Origin: a virus
Length of the DNA stretch: 64,000 bases
Direction: 5' to 3' (one strand)
IMG/VR virus record: IMGVR_UViG_3300024496_000012
Position numbers and translations under genes: made by a program. The notes beneath the pieces are model-generated. The model had not been told where the DNA came from. It did no database searches and worked only from the letters and a program-made list of their open reading frames with translations. Shown piece by piece: positions 44,561 through 54,490 of this stretch (position 1 is its first letter; each line of letters opens with the position of its first letter).

Positions 44561-45746
44561 TTCCTACAAACACGATATCTTTTGGAATAACATTCCTGGA
44601 TACCAAAAAAGATTAGGATATCTAAAAGAAAATCTCGTAGACGAATCTTTTCTTAGAAACATAAAGAATCCTTATTTTATATACACAGGCAATGGAAGGA
44701 TCAAATCTTTAGAATCTATTATATTAGATAAAGATACTGTCGATAAACTTAACTCAACAGAACTGTATTTTTATCTATACGAACCTAGTTGTTTTAGGAT
44801 AGGGGAACATAATAGAAGTTTTTATAGCGAAATGCGATCAGACGAAAATATCAAAGATATCATAGTCGATGAGCTAGAAAGTATAAAAATATTTGTTCAT
44901 CAAAATAATCTAAAAAGATTTCGTGTATTCACATCCGATTATAGGATACAGATACTACAAGACAACTATCCAGATATAAAAATAGATTGTTTAGATTTAT
45001 TCCTAAGAGAAATAGCAAAATGCTATAAATCATTTCCAAAATATTTTGTAAAACATAAAATAGAAAAAAAGTTTTGGTGTGGTAACTGGCGATACACTAC
45101 CCACAGACATCTAATGACCAGTTATCTTTCTCAACTCAATGGAACTTATACATGGAATCTAAAATGTTCTTACAACGAACTTAAAAATAATAACTGGTTT
45201 GATCTAGATCAGTTTCAAAAAGAAAGACCACAACAACATGAACAACTCAGAAAAGGTGTAGATTTTCTAGAAAAAAATATACTGGCTATAGATCAAAAAA
45301 TAGATTCAGTTAATGTTGTCAACTCCGATCAAGTATACATACCTGGACACAAGGCACCCGAATGGACTCAAGAGTTTTTAAAGAGCTACGAATCTAACTT
45401 CTGTGCTATCATCAATGAAACAAGATATGCACAACCGTTCGGTTACTTCAGCGAAAAAACTTTAACAGCTATTGGTAGCAGTATGCCAATAATACTAGTA
45501 GCTCCGCCACGCAGTTTAGAATATCTCAAAACTTTTGGATTTACAACATTCGGTAAATGGTGGAATGAAAGTTATGATCAAGAAGAGGATCATTATAAAA
45601 GAATGATTATGATTTTTGATATTATAGATTCTATCAACTCTAAATCTCTAGAAGAGTTACAGAAAATATATCAAGACATGCGACCTGTATTAAAGCACAA
45701 TAGAAGAATACTAGACACTATTACCTTTAACGATAAAATTGTATAG
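44532..45746 (+). CDS. Putative GT-B glycosyltransferase (GT10-like C-terminal motif), paralogue 1
   Basis: INET...FSEKT...P...L..L..FGF.TF...ESYD. Confidence 0.55.
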   Translation: MLHLIWSEDDSYKHDIFWNNIPGYQKRLGYLKENLVDESFLRNIKNPYFIYTGNGRIKSLESIILDKDTVDKLNSTELYFYLYEPSCFRIGEHNRSFYSEMRSDENIKDIIVDELESIKIFVHQNNLKRFRVFTSDYRIQILQDNYPDIKIDCLDLFLREIAKCYKSFPKYFVKHKIEKKFWCGNWRYTTHRHLMTSYLSQLNGTYTWNLKCSYNELKNNNWFDLDQFQKERPQQHEQLRKGVDFLEKNILAIDQKIDSVNVVNSDQVYIPGHKAPEWTQEFLKSYESNFCAIINETRYAQPFGYFSEKTLTAIGSSMPIILVAPPRSLEYLKTFGFTTFGKWWNESYDQEEDHYKRMIMIFDIIDSINSKSLEELQKIYQDMRPVLKHNRRILDTITFNDKIV

Positions 45747-47832
45747 GTTGTTCTATTACAATCTGATTAGAAACTTCTGTAGAGTAATCAGAGTAATCGC
45801 TCCAGTCCCCGGTACCGGTCCAGGAATGATCAAAGGACCAATCGATATTGTTATTGAGATGTTTTTCTTCTTCGATCATAGCTACATATTCCGGCCAGTC
45901 TCTACCATCTATACCCCACCAAGGTTTAGCCAAACGCCTTGCTCTCACAGCAGCATTGCTGGTCATTCGACTAAAGTCTTGTGCAAAGAACGGTCCTTGT
46001 CTTTCTGGCTCAGCATATTCGTTGTATTCATAGGTTTGTTTAAACTTCCATTTGAAATCAGCTGACCATTTTCCGTCTTCTGTTATTTCAAACTTAAAGT
46101 CAGCATGATACGTACCTGAGCCATACTGATTACCAAACTCAGCAGAATCTAGATCGGGACTAAATCGAAGATTAAATCTATAACCACCCTTTGCCCTCCA
46201 TAGAGTTCTTAGCAATGGCCAGATCTCATTAACCAGACCATCGGCATAAGGATTGATGGTTGTTTTTATGATGTTATAATCAAACTGCTCATAACTGACT
46301 TCTCTGTCCTGCTCATTATCATAGATAATATCATAATGATATTTCTTAAGATTTGGCCTTACAGGATAGGTGATTTTCTTGCTGCCAATGATTTGATCTA
46401 GATATATGCTAATACATTTTACACGCATCAAAGTGTGTGTTCCGCCTAATCTAAAATCTTTTGTGATCCAATGTCCGAGATATTTGTGATAAGAAAGATT
46501 AAACTTATCAGGATTTTGACCTGTAATAGTTTCAGGACCCTGCCCAAATCCTATACCTGTACTCATGTTCCTAATATTCATGTCTCTGTTACGCCAGAGA
46601 AACGTCATAGTGTCTGCATAGTCTTGATATGACTCTGTCGGAAATGCCACTATCCAGTTAGTGGCTGCTTCAATACCAACAGTCTTTCCGTCTCTAAAGT
46701 TTTGTTCCATTTCTGCAATAGTGACACCTTTGGCCATATCATCTAGAACTTTTTGACTGCCAGATTCACAACCATAGTTTAGATAAACACAGCCGCTATC
46801 AGCTAGATCCTTCATATACTCTAGATCCATACGACCGTCACATCTCGCATATCCTGTCCACTTAATGTCAAGTCCTTTAGCAATAACTCCTTTAGCGAAC
46901 GCCCGAAGCTCTTTTAAGTTGCCGTTGACAAGGCTGTCAATAAACCAAAAGACTCTAGTTCCTTTTTCGTGATAGAGGTAATCTACTTCTTCAAGAGCAT
47001 CAATGGCCATGCGTTGGCGATATTTCCAAAAATGTGTTTCTTCACAGAATGTGCATTTAGCTATACAACCTCGACTAAGTTCTGTAGTAACGCCATTTGG
47101 AATCCTATAGAGATTAAAATCAATATTAGAATAATCTGGCATAGGAAACTTGTTAAGATTTAATCGTTGATCTTCGGGCTGAACTATGTACTGTTGTTCA
47201 GGATGTTCGATGCTATGTTCTATCTCGTCTAGTATTTTTAATATAGCTTCTTCGCCTTCGCCGTTTACTACATAATCATAGTATTCTTCTTTGACAAAAA
47301 ATCCCTTCTGTACATTAGGACCACCAACTGCGATCTTAACTGTTGGTAACTTCTTTTTTAACTCTTGAATCATCCATTTAGTAGGTTCTTCATTCATCTG
47401 GTAGACGCTGAAGCCAACAAGAGTAGGATTGTAATCAACTATTTCATCTAATACAGTTTTAAGATAAGGTTCTAGATATTGATGTATCTCTTGGTAGTTA
47501 TCGCCGCACCAGCGCCATATGGTTGTAGGATCCCAAAGTTTATAATCTAGTTTAGATTTGATTTCTTTTTCATAGAATCTAAAAGATTTAATGTTGGCAT
47601 CTAATACCTTGCTTGCATAACCTGCTTGCCGAGAAACTGCCGATAGCCTGCACAGATTAAAAGGAGGAAACTCTGCTGCCCACTGTGGTAGCAGTACTAA
47701 CATCAGCTTAGTCTTGCGCTCAGCCTGCTGTATAACAACCGTAGTCGTATTTCTTTGTTCTACAGGTTTAGCATATTGAGCTATAGCCTTGAGAGTCGTT
47801 ATATGTTTATCATTGCCTTCTTCGTAGGGCAT
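45727..47832 (-). CDS. Cobalamin-dependent radical SAM enzyme
   Basis: N-terminal B12-binding pattern (VGFSVY, VGGP, GEGE); SRGCIAKCTFC; GCESGS. Confidence 0.85.
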   Translation of the reverse strand: MPYEEGNDKHITTLKAIAQYAKPVEQRNTTTVVIQQAERKTKLMLVLLPQWAAEFPPFNLCRLSAVSRQAGYASKVLDANIKSFRFYEKEIKSKLDYKLWDPTTIWRWCGDNYQEIHQYLEPYLKTVLDEIVDYNPTLVGFSVYQMNEEPTKWMIQELKKKLPTVKIAVGGPNVQKGFFVKEEYYDYVVNGEGEEAILKILDEIEHSIEHPEQQYIVQPEDQRLNLNKFPMPDYSNIDFNLYRIPNGVTTELSRGCIAKCTFCEETHFWKYRQRMAIDALEEVDYLYHEKGTRVFWFIDSLVNGNLKELRAFAKGVIAKGLDIKWTGYARCDGRMDLEYMKDLADSGCVYLNYGCESGSQKVLDDMAKGVTIAEMEQNFRDGKTVGIEAATNWIVAFPTESYQDYADTMTFLWRNRDMNIRNMSTGIGFGQGPETITGQNPDKFNLSYHKYLGHWITKDFRLGGTHTLMRVKCISIYLDQIIGSKKITYPVRPNLKKYHYDIIYDNEQDREVSYEQFDYNIIKTTINPYADGLVNEIWPLLRTLWRAKGGYRFNLRFSPDLDSAEFGNQYGSGTYHADFKFEITEDGKWSADFKWKFKQTYEYNEYAEPERQGPFFAQDFSRMTSNAAVRARRLAKPWWGIDGRDWPEYVAMIEEEKHLNNNIDWSFDHSWTGTGDWSDYSDYSTEVSNQIVIEQPIQFYR

Positions 47833-47833
47833 A

Positions 47834-49006
47834 TCACAACTCCGTAATAAATCGTTTCTTAGACATCAACATGTTATAGTTATAATCACATATTTCACGA
47901 GCAGATTTAAGAAAGTTTTCTAGTTCTGTTTCTGAAAGATTACATAGTCTTTCAATCTCGTCTAAAATCTTTAGCATACGTTTTCCGTCGTCTGTTTCAA
48001 GATCATAACTCTCATCGATAATAGAGGAAAAGGTTTTGTAACCCATTATTCTGTATATGTCTAAACTGTTAGGCACAGATACTAGAATAAATGGATGCTT
48101 CATAGCGATTGGCTTCCATGCTTTCTCACTTAAAAATCTCGCACTGTGGTACCACTCTTTTGTAAAATAAGTAGTTTCAGCTACAACACTAAAATAGGTA
48201 TCTTCATAATATCTATTAGTGTCTATAGTCGACTCAGCCCTGTTAATATGTAGCTCTTCGGTATCTAGATACATAGGAGGCAGATTCTTTACTCCCTCAG
48301 CACGTTTAAGAATATCTAATATATCCTTGTCGTTGCGGAAGTAATGCATGAGCTCTGGCCATTTATGGTTCCATGTATCTCTCTGATCACATGGTCCGAA
48401 GCTGATGAACGCTTGTTCGATCAGATTCTTTCCATAGAGCAATGCTGTTAGAAAAGGTCTATGCAATCTCCAACGTCTATTAAGGTTTAGAAACTTTTTG
48501 TTATACTTTTTATTTTCTAATGTTCTTGGAAGTTGTTTTTTGTAAAGATGCAGTACGGCATTCTGCAGATCCTGTTCAAAAACTGTATACCAGAATATTC
48601 TTATAGGATCTAGATTTAATTTCTTAGCGATATAACGACTGTATTCGCCAGCGTCATACATATTAGTCAACAATATTATCTGAGATGCCGGAATACCATC
48701 TCTCATGACTATATTTTGATATATCGAATCTATAGCCCTCTCAAACGGCTCTAAGGTATTGTCTAATATCAAGAACGCTTGCTTGTTTACGATCCTACCT
48801 AACGACTCTTTGTCGATTAGATCTTTCATGTTATAGATTTTAAAACTATTCTCGCACGAGAATAAAGCATACCATGCTTCAAAATCAAAACCCGGTTGCT
48901 GCGAAAGTGTATCGATCGCTGCTGTTTTATTATCAGTCCATGTGATTTTAGGATCACTAGGATTATAGGTATTGATAAGAGGAATAGATTTATTGAGTAA
49001 GATCAT
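47834..49006 (-). CDS. Putative GT-B glycosyltransferase, paralogue 2
   Basis: VVAET...LSEKAWKP...HPF...GYKTF...DESYD. Confidence 0.55.
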   Translation of the reverse strand: MILLNKSIPLINTYNPSDPKITWTDNKTAAIDTLSQQPGFDFEAWYALFSCENSFKIYNMKDLIDKESLGRIVNKQAFLILDNTLEPFERAIDSIYQNIVMRDGIPASQIILLTNMYDAGEYSRYIAKKLNLDPIRIFWYTVFEQDLQNAVLHLYKKQLPRTLENKKYNKKFLNLNRRWRLHRPFLTALLYGKNLIEQAFISFGPCDQRDTWNHKWPELMHYFRNDKDILDILKRAEGVKNLPPMYLDTEELHINRAESTIDTNRYYEDTYFSVVAETTYFTKEWYHSARFLSEKAWKPIAMKHPFILVSVPNSLDIYRIMGYKTFSSIIDESYDLETDDGKRMLKILDEIERLCNLSETELENFLKSAREICDYNYNMLMSKKRFITEL

Positions 49007-49758
49007 AATCGATCATTCGGAGGTTGTCGAAAATGCATATCATCAAAGTTACGCAGAGCTTCCATTTTAGTTTGCTGTACATTTAACCAAGAGAATGTGT
49101 TAATGGACCATTCTTGATCAGGAAATAGTTTACTGAGATATCCAAAATGCTGCTTAGGGCTTGGATGATAGTCTGCACTTTGATGTCCTTCTTTGCTTAT
49201 AGGATGTTGTGGCCAAACACCGTTACATTCTAAAGTTAAAATGTCAGGAAGTATAGCATCTAAGGTATCCTTATAATATTGTCTTAGCTGCGTTAGTTTA
49301 TTTCTTTCTGTTGTTGTCTTGGCCTCTATCGTCAACGGAGACATGTTTAACATATAGTAATCGATTCCCAGATTATCTAAAAGATTTTTACTGAGTGTTA
49401 TCATATTGATATCACGTAACAAATAACCGAAATCATCTGAAAACTTCATCACAAACTGTTCATCGTAATAGTTTTGTGTATAGATATTTCCGGGGGTAAG
49501 CCATGTACCATTAATATACCTATCTTCTCTAGATACTGAACTCCACATTACCATTACGAGATCGTCTTTGTTAAACTTATGTCTCTGATGTGCTTCTGTA
49601 AGCTGGCAAGCTATAAAAAGATTACCGCCACCGCTCTGTGCATAGTTTCTGTATTCAGGTATCTCTCTTCCTATAATGTCTGCCCAAGTCGGCCAGCCAT
49701 AAGCAGTCATACTACATCCAAAAGCAAAAAATCTCTTATACTTTTTAAAATCAATCAT
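49003..49758 (-). CDS. SGNH-hydrolase-like protein
   Basis: FGCS block I, SGGGN, DYHP. Confidence 0.6.
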   Translation of the reverse strand: MIDFKKYKRFFAFGCSMTAYGWPTWADIIGREIPEYRNYAQSGGGNLFIACQLTEAHQRHKFNKDDLVMVMWSSVSREDRYINGTWLTPGNIYTQNYYDEQFVMKFSDDFGYLLRDINMITLSKNLLDNLGIDYYMLNMSPLTIEAKTTTERNKLTQLRQYYKDTLDAILPDILTLECNGVWPQHPISKEGHQSADYHPSPKQHFGYLSKLFPDQEWSINTFSWLNVQQTKMEALRNFDDMHFRQPPNDRL

Positions 49759-51031
49759 TAAAATATTTTCCTGCGATATTTATGGTATCTACTAGATCTT
49801 CATGATAGAAATCTCTGCTGGCAGAAAGTTTAAGATTATGTTCTATAATAGGCATAGAATCGATAATGCGTCTTATTTTTTCTTCTCTAGGTAATGATAT
49901 CCAATCTTGCAACACTTGGTGTGTAGCATAAAATCTTTCTGTATGATCTTCAATATCATTATATGAGGGATCGATACCATTGAAATGTATATTAAAACCA
50001 AGCTCCTCGAGAGCTCGAAGAGTTCCTGCAGCAGCAAGTACAATCATCGGATGACCGTACGCCAAAGCCTTATATACTTTTTCTGTAAGAAACACAACAT
50101 CTTCGTCAAACTTAGTTTCTGTAATAAAACTCATGAGACTATTTTTAAAAATGTCAGGGTTCACAGAGTTTGCGGCATTGTTTACAGACCAATCACCATC
50201 AACAAATATAGGATAGTTCTTTGATAATACCCTTTCAAAGGATTTCAAGTCTACAGAATCACCTAATATTTTAAGAGGTTGGTGTTCTTTAAATTTTATC
50301 TCATTGGCACTAACTATGCCGCTTGACAGCATTCCGGACACTGCTAAATGATATAGATGCGCACTGCGATGATGTTTATATGTTCTGTTAAGACTATTGT
50401 AATCTTTAGCCAATGGGTTATGTATTGACTCGTATACTATTGGAACCGCAGGAGGTTGATGACCTCTATCTATGAAAATCCTACTGAAATGATTTGAATA
50501 TTTTACATCAAATATTTTCGGAAGCCCCGTGTCTATCAACCATGATTCATATTGTTGTTCAATCTTTTTATTTCCCTGTATTATCATTACAGAACCTGCA
50601 GGCAAACCTTGTTTTTTCATAGCCTTGTAGGTAGAGAGAAATCCATCTTTTTTTGCAAAAAATGACCCGTCGTTAACAAACATGGATCCGCCTTCTCTAT
50701 CTGCTGATATGATTATCTTAATCTGTTTTGTTCTAGCTAAATCTAAAATATTTTGTGGCAGGCATCTCAGGACATGTTTCTTTGGAACATCCGGGCCTTG
50801 AGCCATACCTGCCCACCAAACTGGATCACCGTTGACTTCTATAAAATACAGTCCGGGTTCTCTGATATGATTGATACCGAAATATGGTATCCTAAGATTT
50901 CCCAGTTCTGTTTTAAGTCTAGATCCAGGTGATGTCAACCAAAAATCGTTATCGCCGTTCTTTGAAAGGCTAACACAGTTAGGACTTGTAGGATGAAAGA
51001 CATCGTCAAAATATATTTTCATAGAATCCAC
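49751..51031 (-). CDS. Putative GT-B glycosyltransferase, paralogue 3
   Basis: FITET...LTEKVYKA...HPM...LGF...SYN. Confidence 0.55.
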   Translation of the reverse strand: MDSMKIYFDDVFHPTSPNCVSLSKNGDNDFWLTSPGSRLKTELGNLRIPYFGINHIREPGLYFIEVNGDPVWWAGMAQGPDVPKKHVLRCLPQNILDLARTKQIKIIISADREGGSMFVNDGSFFAKKDGFLSTYKAMKKQGLPAGSVMIIQGNKKIEQQYESWLIDTGLPKIFDVKYSNHFSRIFIDRGHQPPAVPIVYESIHNPLAKDYNSLNRTYKHHRSAHLYHLAVSGMLSSGIVSANEIKFKEHQPLKILGDSVDLKSFERVLSKNYPIFVDGDWSVNNAANSVNPDIFKNSLMSFITETKFDEDVVFLTEKVYKALAYGHPMIVLAAAGTLRALEELGFNIHFNGIDPSYNDIEDHTERFYATHQVLQDWISLPREEKIRRIIDSMPIIEHNLKLSASRDFYHEDLVDTINIAGKYFND

Positions 51032-52196
51032 TTAACTCAGGAAATGTTTCTACAAACTTCCTATTCCTAATGGAATCATAGTAATCTGTATGATGCTTAA
51101 ACTGTTTCTGTAGATCAACATTTACCACAGAAGATTTTAAGTGTCTAATAACATTTTCTATCTGAGACTTTATATGCCCATTATACTGTCTATCTGAAAG
51201 TTTTTCAATAGCCAGCATCCTAGTTTTATCATCAAAAATGCTGAAACTATAGAAATCTGGATTGATCAAAGAATAAAAGCTGGCTGTGGTTTTTGAATCT
51301 ACAAGTTTATTTTGAAATAGGTAATCAATAAACTCCGGTAATGTCAATACATTAAAAATAGAAACTACTGATGCTATACCAAAATAAATGTGAGGACATT
51401 CAGATTTGACTGTTAAAATATTTTCTTCTATCTTCTTCCAGTCTGTTCCTTCCCTAATATATTCTGCTCTATCACTCCAGCTGTCTAAGCTAACATTGAG
51501 ATGTACATTAGAAAACTTCTTCCACATTTCTAACACTGATTTATTTTTAAAATGCAATGAACTTAGATTTGTGTTGTATCTTATTTTTATGTCAGTATTA
51601 TTTGTTTCAATGAGATACTCTAGCATATCATAATGCTTATCCATCAACAAAGGTTCGCCACCTGCAAAATATATTTCCTTAACTCCGGTTATATGAGGTT
51701 TAAGTTCTTCATAAAGTTTATCGTTGTTATCTCCTCCGGCAAAGATATAAACTGGTTTTTTGTTTCCATTCTTGTTATCTTCTGTGGCCCAACTAGAACT
51801 ATAGGTGCTAGAACAGCTTCTGCATTTAAAGTTGCAGATATTACTCCACCGTATATCCAAATATTTTAAATCCATTTCGTCAAGAGATCCGTCTACATTA
51901 GTCTTATTAACCAACGGTATGTATTCTGCATAATCTCTATTGACTGATTGTCTAAAACTATTAACTCCTGAATCTTCTGCATGATAACAAGACTGACACT
52001 CGTCACATCTTTTACCAGATAGCATATTCAACCGCATGGTTCGATATTTTTCACTATTCCAAACATTCAGAATAGATTCTTTTTGCACATTGCCTAAAGG
52101 CTTTCTATGATTACCGATGCAGCAAGGCAAAACGTTTCCATCAGGGTTGGCATAAAAATGTATCCACGGCAATATGCAGAATGTATTAGAGGTCAT
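51006..52196 (-). CDS. Radical SAM protein with N-terminal SPASM/twitch-like Cys module
   Basis: CILPW...PCC...CDEC; CNFKCRSC; GGEP; NTN. Confidence 0.85.
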   Translation of the reverse strand: MTSNTFCILPWIHFYANPDGNVLPCCIGNHRKPLGNVQKESILNVWNSEKYRTMRLNMLSGKRCDECQSCYHAEDSGVNSFRQSVNRDYAEYIPLVNKTNVDGSLDEMDLKYLDIRWSNICNFKCRSCSSTYSSSWATEDNKNGNKKPVYIFAGGDNNDKLYEELKPHITGVKEIYFAGGEPLLMDKHYDMLEYLIETNNTDIKIRYNTNLSSLHFKNKSVLEMWKKFSNVHLNVSLDSWSDRAEYIREGTDWKKIEENILTVKSECPHIYFGIASVVSIFNVLTLPEFIDYLFQNKLVDSKTTASFYSLINPDFYSFSIFDDKTRMLAIEKLSDRQYNGHIKSQIENVIRHLKSSVVNVDLQKQFKHHTDYYDSIRNRKFVETFPELSGFYENIF

Positions 52197-53133
52197 TTAT
52201 CCACTCCGCTTTGCGTAAAATATATTGAGACCACATTAAATGCGCATACTCATTAGGATGATGTGAATGTAAAAAGTTTCCGTGAATAAAATTATTAGAT
52301 TTTTCTATTAGATCAACTTCTCTCTTTATATAAGGAAGCTCAAACTTAATGAACTTATACAAAGATGATTTCATAATATCGTCTAACCATCCTATAGAAT
52401 AAAATGACGGAGAAAAAATTCGATTTCCTAATATCTTAGATGAATACTCTATCCAAGTAGTATCAATAATCTTAAACTTATTATTCTTGAAGGTCGTGTT
52501 TATCCTACAGAAGTTTTTCCAAAGAACGGCATCGATATATACATTCTTATATTTTGACAATATATCATTGTATTGAGTAAAAAATATTTCATCATATTTT
52601 TCTAACCAACACTCAAAAGTCATGGTCTTATCTGATTTCATTAAGTATTTTAAAGGATGATCGGTTTGCTGAACTTTATTATTGATGGCGTTTTCTCTAG
52701 AGGGCTCAGTCATCTGCATAGAAACATATATCTTAGAATAACCGAGCGTAGTTACATAATCCATGACCCTTTCTAGCTCAGAAAACATATAAAAGTTGCA
52801 GTTGCCCGGAACCGCATATTGATAAAGATCACAGTTAAGAGCGATGGCCATCCTAGGACCATAACAGTATTTTAGTTGAGCAGGAAGATTATATCTTTCT
52901 ATACCTGTGGCAATTCCTTTCAATGTTTCACCATAGGTCCAACTTTCACCTATTACAACCAACAGTTCGGTTTTATTTCTTTTAATAAAAAACTCTGTAT
53001 TTTTAGCAGGCTTTTCGACCCAGTCAGGTTTTAAATTTTCATCATTATAGATGATAGAATCAACCCCATCTAATATATCGCAGTCACTTTTAAAAGATAG
53101 GTCGTCATGTATGTATTTTTTTCTAAGCTGCAC
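52186..53133 (-). CDS. SGNH-hydrolase-like protein
   Basis: IGESWTYG, PGNCN, HHPN. Confidence 0.55.
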   Translation of the reverse strand: MQLRKKYIHDDLSFKSDCDILDGVDSIIYNDENLKPDWVEKPAKNTEFFIKRNKTELLVVIGESWTYGETLKGIATGIERYNLPAQLKYCYGPRMAIALNCDLYQYAVPGNCNFYMFSELERVMDYVTTLGYSKIYVSMQMTEPSRENAINNKVQQTDHPLKYLMKSDKTMTFECWLEKYDEIFFTQYNDILSKYKNVYIDAVLWKNFCRINTTFKNNKFKIIDTTWIEYSSKILGNRIFSPSFYSIGWLDDIMKSSLYKFIKFELPYIKREVDLIEKSNNFIHGNFLHSHHPNEYAHLMWSQYILRKAEWINDL

Positions 53134-54490
53134 TACATAACTCCATAAAATCTATAAGCAAAGGAAATGTAGATCTAAAATCTGTTCCTCTGCGCAGATC
53201 GTATTCTTTAAACCAGTTGTAAAAGTCTCTACGACCTTCGTTAATTTTTTCTTCGCTATATTTTGCAGTTTCCATGTAATGGACCACACGCTTAAACTTT
53301 TCTAGTTCATAATCGCTAAACTTAGTACGATCATTATTATCTAGATTATTTTCGATAAACTTTAAATGATTGTACATAAAAGGCATAAACTGATCTTTGG
53401 GCAATATATTCATGTCATATTGTAAAGGTTCTTTTAAGAACGGTGTATCAAATCTAACACGTTGCCATTTATTTTGATCTGTTCCATTATACTTAATGCG
53501 CCATTCAATGATCTTTTCTAACAACGATTGAAAGTTTGTAACTGTTAGTATGTTAAAAGTTATCATGAAAGTGATAGGCAAAGAAGTTCTAGTTAGATAT
53601 TCATTTAGATTTCTTTCCCAAACAGTTAGATCTAGACCAGTACGTATATATTCGGCCTGAGGTCCCCATGTATCAATGCTTGTGAATATTTTAAAATCTT
53701 TGATTTTTTTATTTTCAACTAGGTTGTTAACTTTTTCTATTAAACGATCTATCAAAATAGGTTTGACACCAAAGTTGGTGTTGATGTTTAGTTCCAGATT
53801 AGGCAAAGGATTTTTTTCAAGATCCTCTAACAACCTCCATGTACTCTGCTGTATTAGAGGTTCGCCGCCTGTGATACGCAAGATAGTTAATGTCTTGCGT
53901 ACTTCGGGCCACCAACGCCACCATGCTTCCACATAAGGATTATCCTCTTCTTCATAGATCTTAAACCAATCAATGTCATTTCTATGATTCTTTACCATAG
54001 TATAAGGACCGTGATCTTTGATCTCTTTATAATAACTACTACTGTGTTTAGGATGGCAATACCCGCATTTAAAGTTACATTCGTTGCCAAATGATATTTC
54101 AATATACTGTGGATTTATATTTTGATCCCAATCCCCGTCCTTGATTTGTGCAAATCTTTCGGGCGTGTAGATAGTAGAGTTTCGTTCTTTACGATCACTA
54201 ATATAGTCCTCGCCCATTGCTTCGATATTCCAGCAATAGTTACAACCGCTAGGTTTTCCTCCATTGAGCATTTCAAGACGTTCATGTTTCTTTTGATTTG
54301 TGTTATGCAGAGCACCTGGATCTATAATGATTTCTTCTAAAGAGATCTTGTGTGGCGGCGGATGATAACAACTATGGGTTTCTCCGGTCTGCAAATAGAT
54401 AGTGGTATGGTGCCATTTAGCTAGACAAAAGGTAGGCGATATTTCATTCATTATAGGAATGAATTTTTTAATCCTCGATATGTCGTTCAT
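53123..54490 (-). CDS. Radical SAM protein with N-terminal Cys module
   Basis: CLAKW...SCYHP...CNYC; CNFKCGYC; TGGEP; NTN. Confidence 0.85.
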   Translation of the reverse strand: MNDISRIKKFIPIMNEISPTFCLAKWHHTTIYLQTGETHSCYHPPPHKISLEEIIIDPGALHNTNQKKHERLEMLNGGKPSGCNYCWNIEAMGEDYISDRKERNSTIYTPERFAQIKDGDWDQNINPQYIEISFGNECNFKCGYCHPKHSSSYYKEIKDHGPYTMVKNHRNDIDWFKIYEEEDNPYVEAWWRWWPEVRKTLTILRITGGEPLIQQSTWRLLEDLEKNPLPNLELNINTNFGVKPILIDRLIEKVNNLVENKKIKDFKIFTSIDTWGPQAEYIRTGLDLTVWERNLNEYLTRTSLPITFMITFNILTVTNFQSLLEKIIEWRIKYNGTDQNKWQRVRFDTPFLKEPLQYDMNILPKDQFMPFMYNHLKFIENNLDNNDRTKFSDYELEKFKRVVHYMETAKYSEEKINEGRRDFYNWFKEYDLRRGTDFRSTFPLLIDFMELCSAA

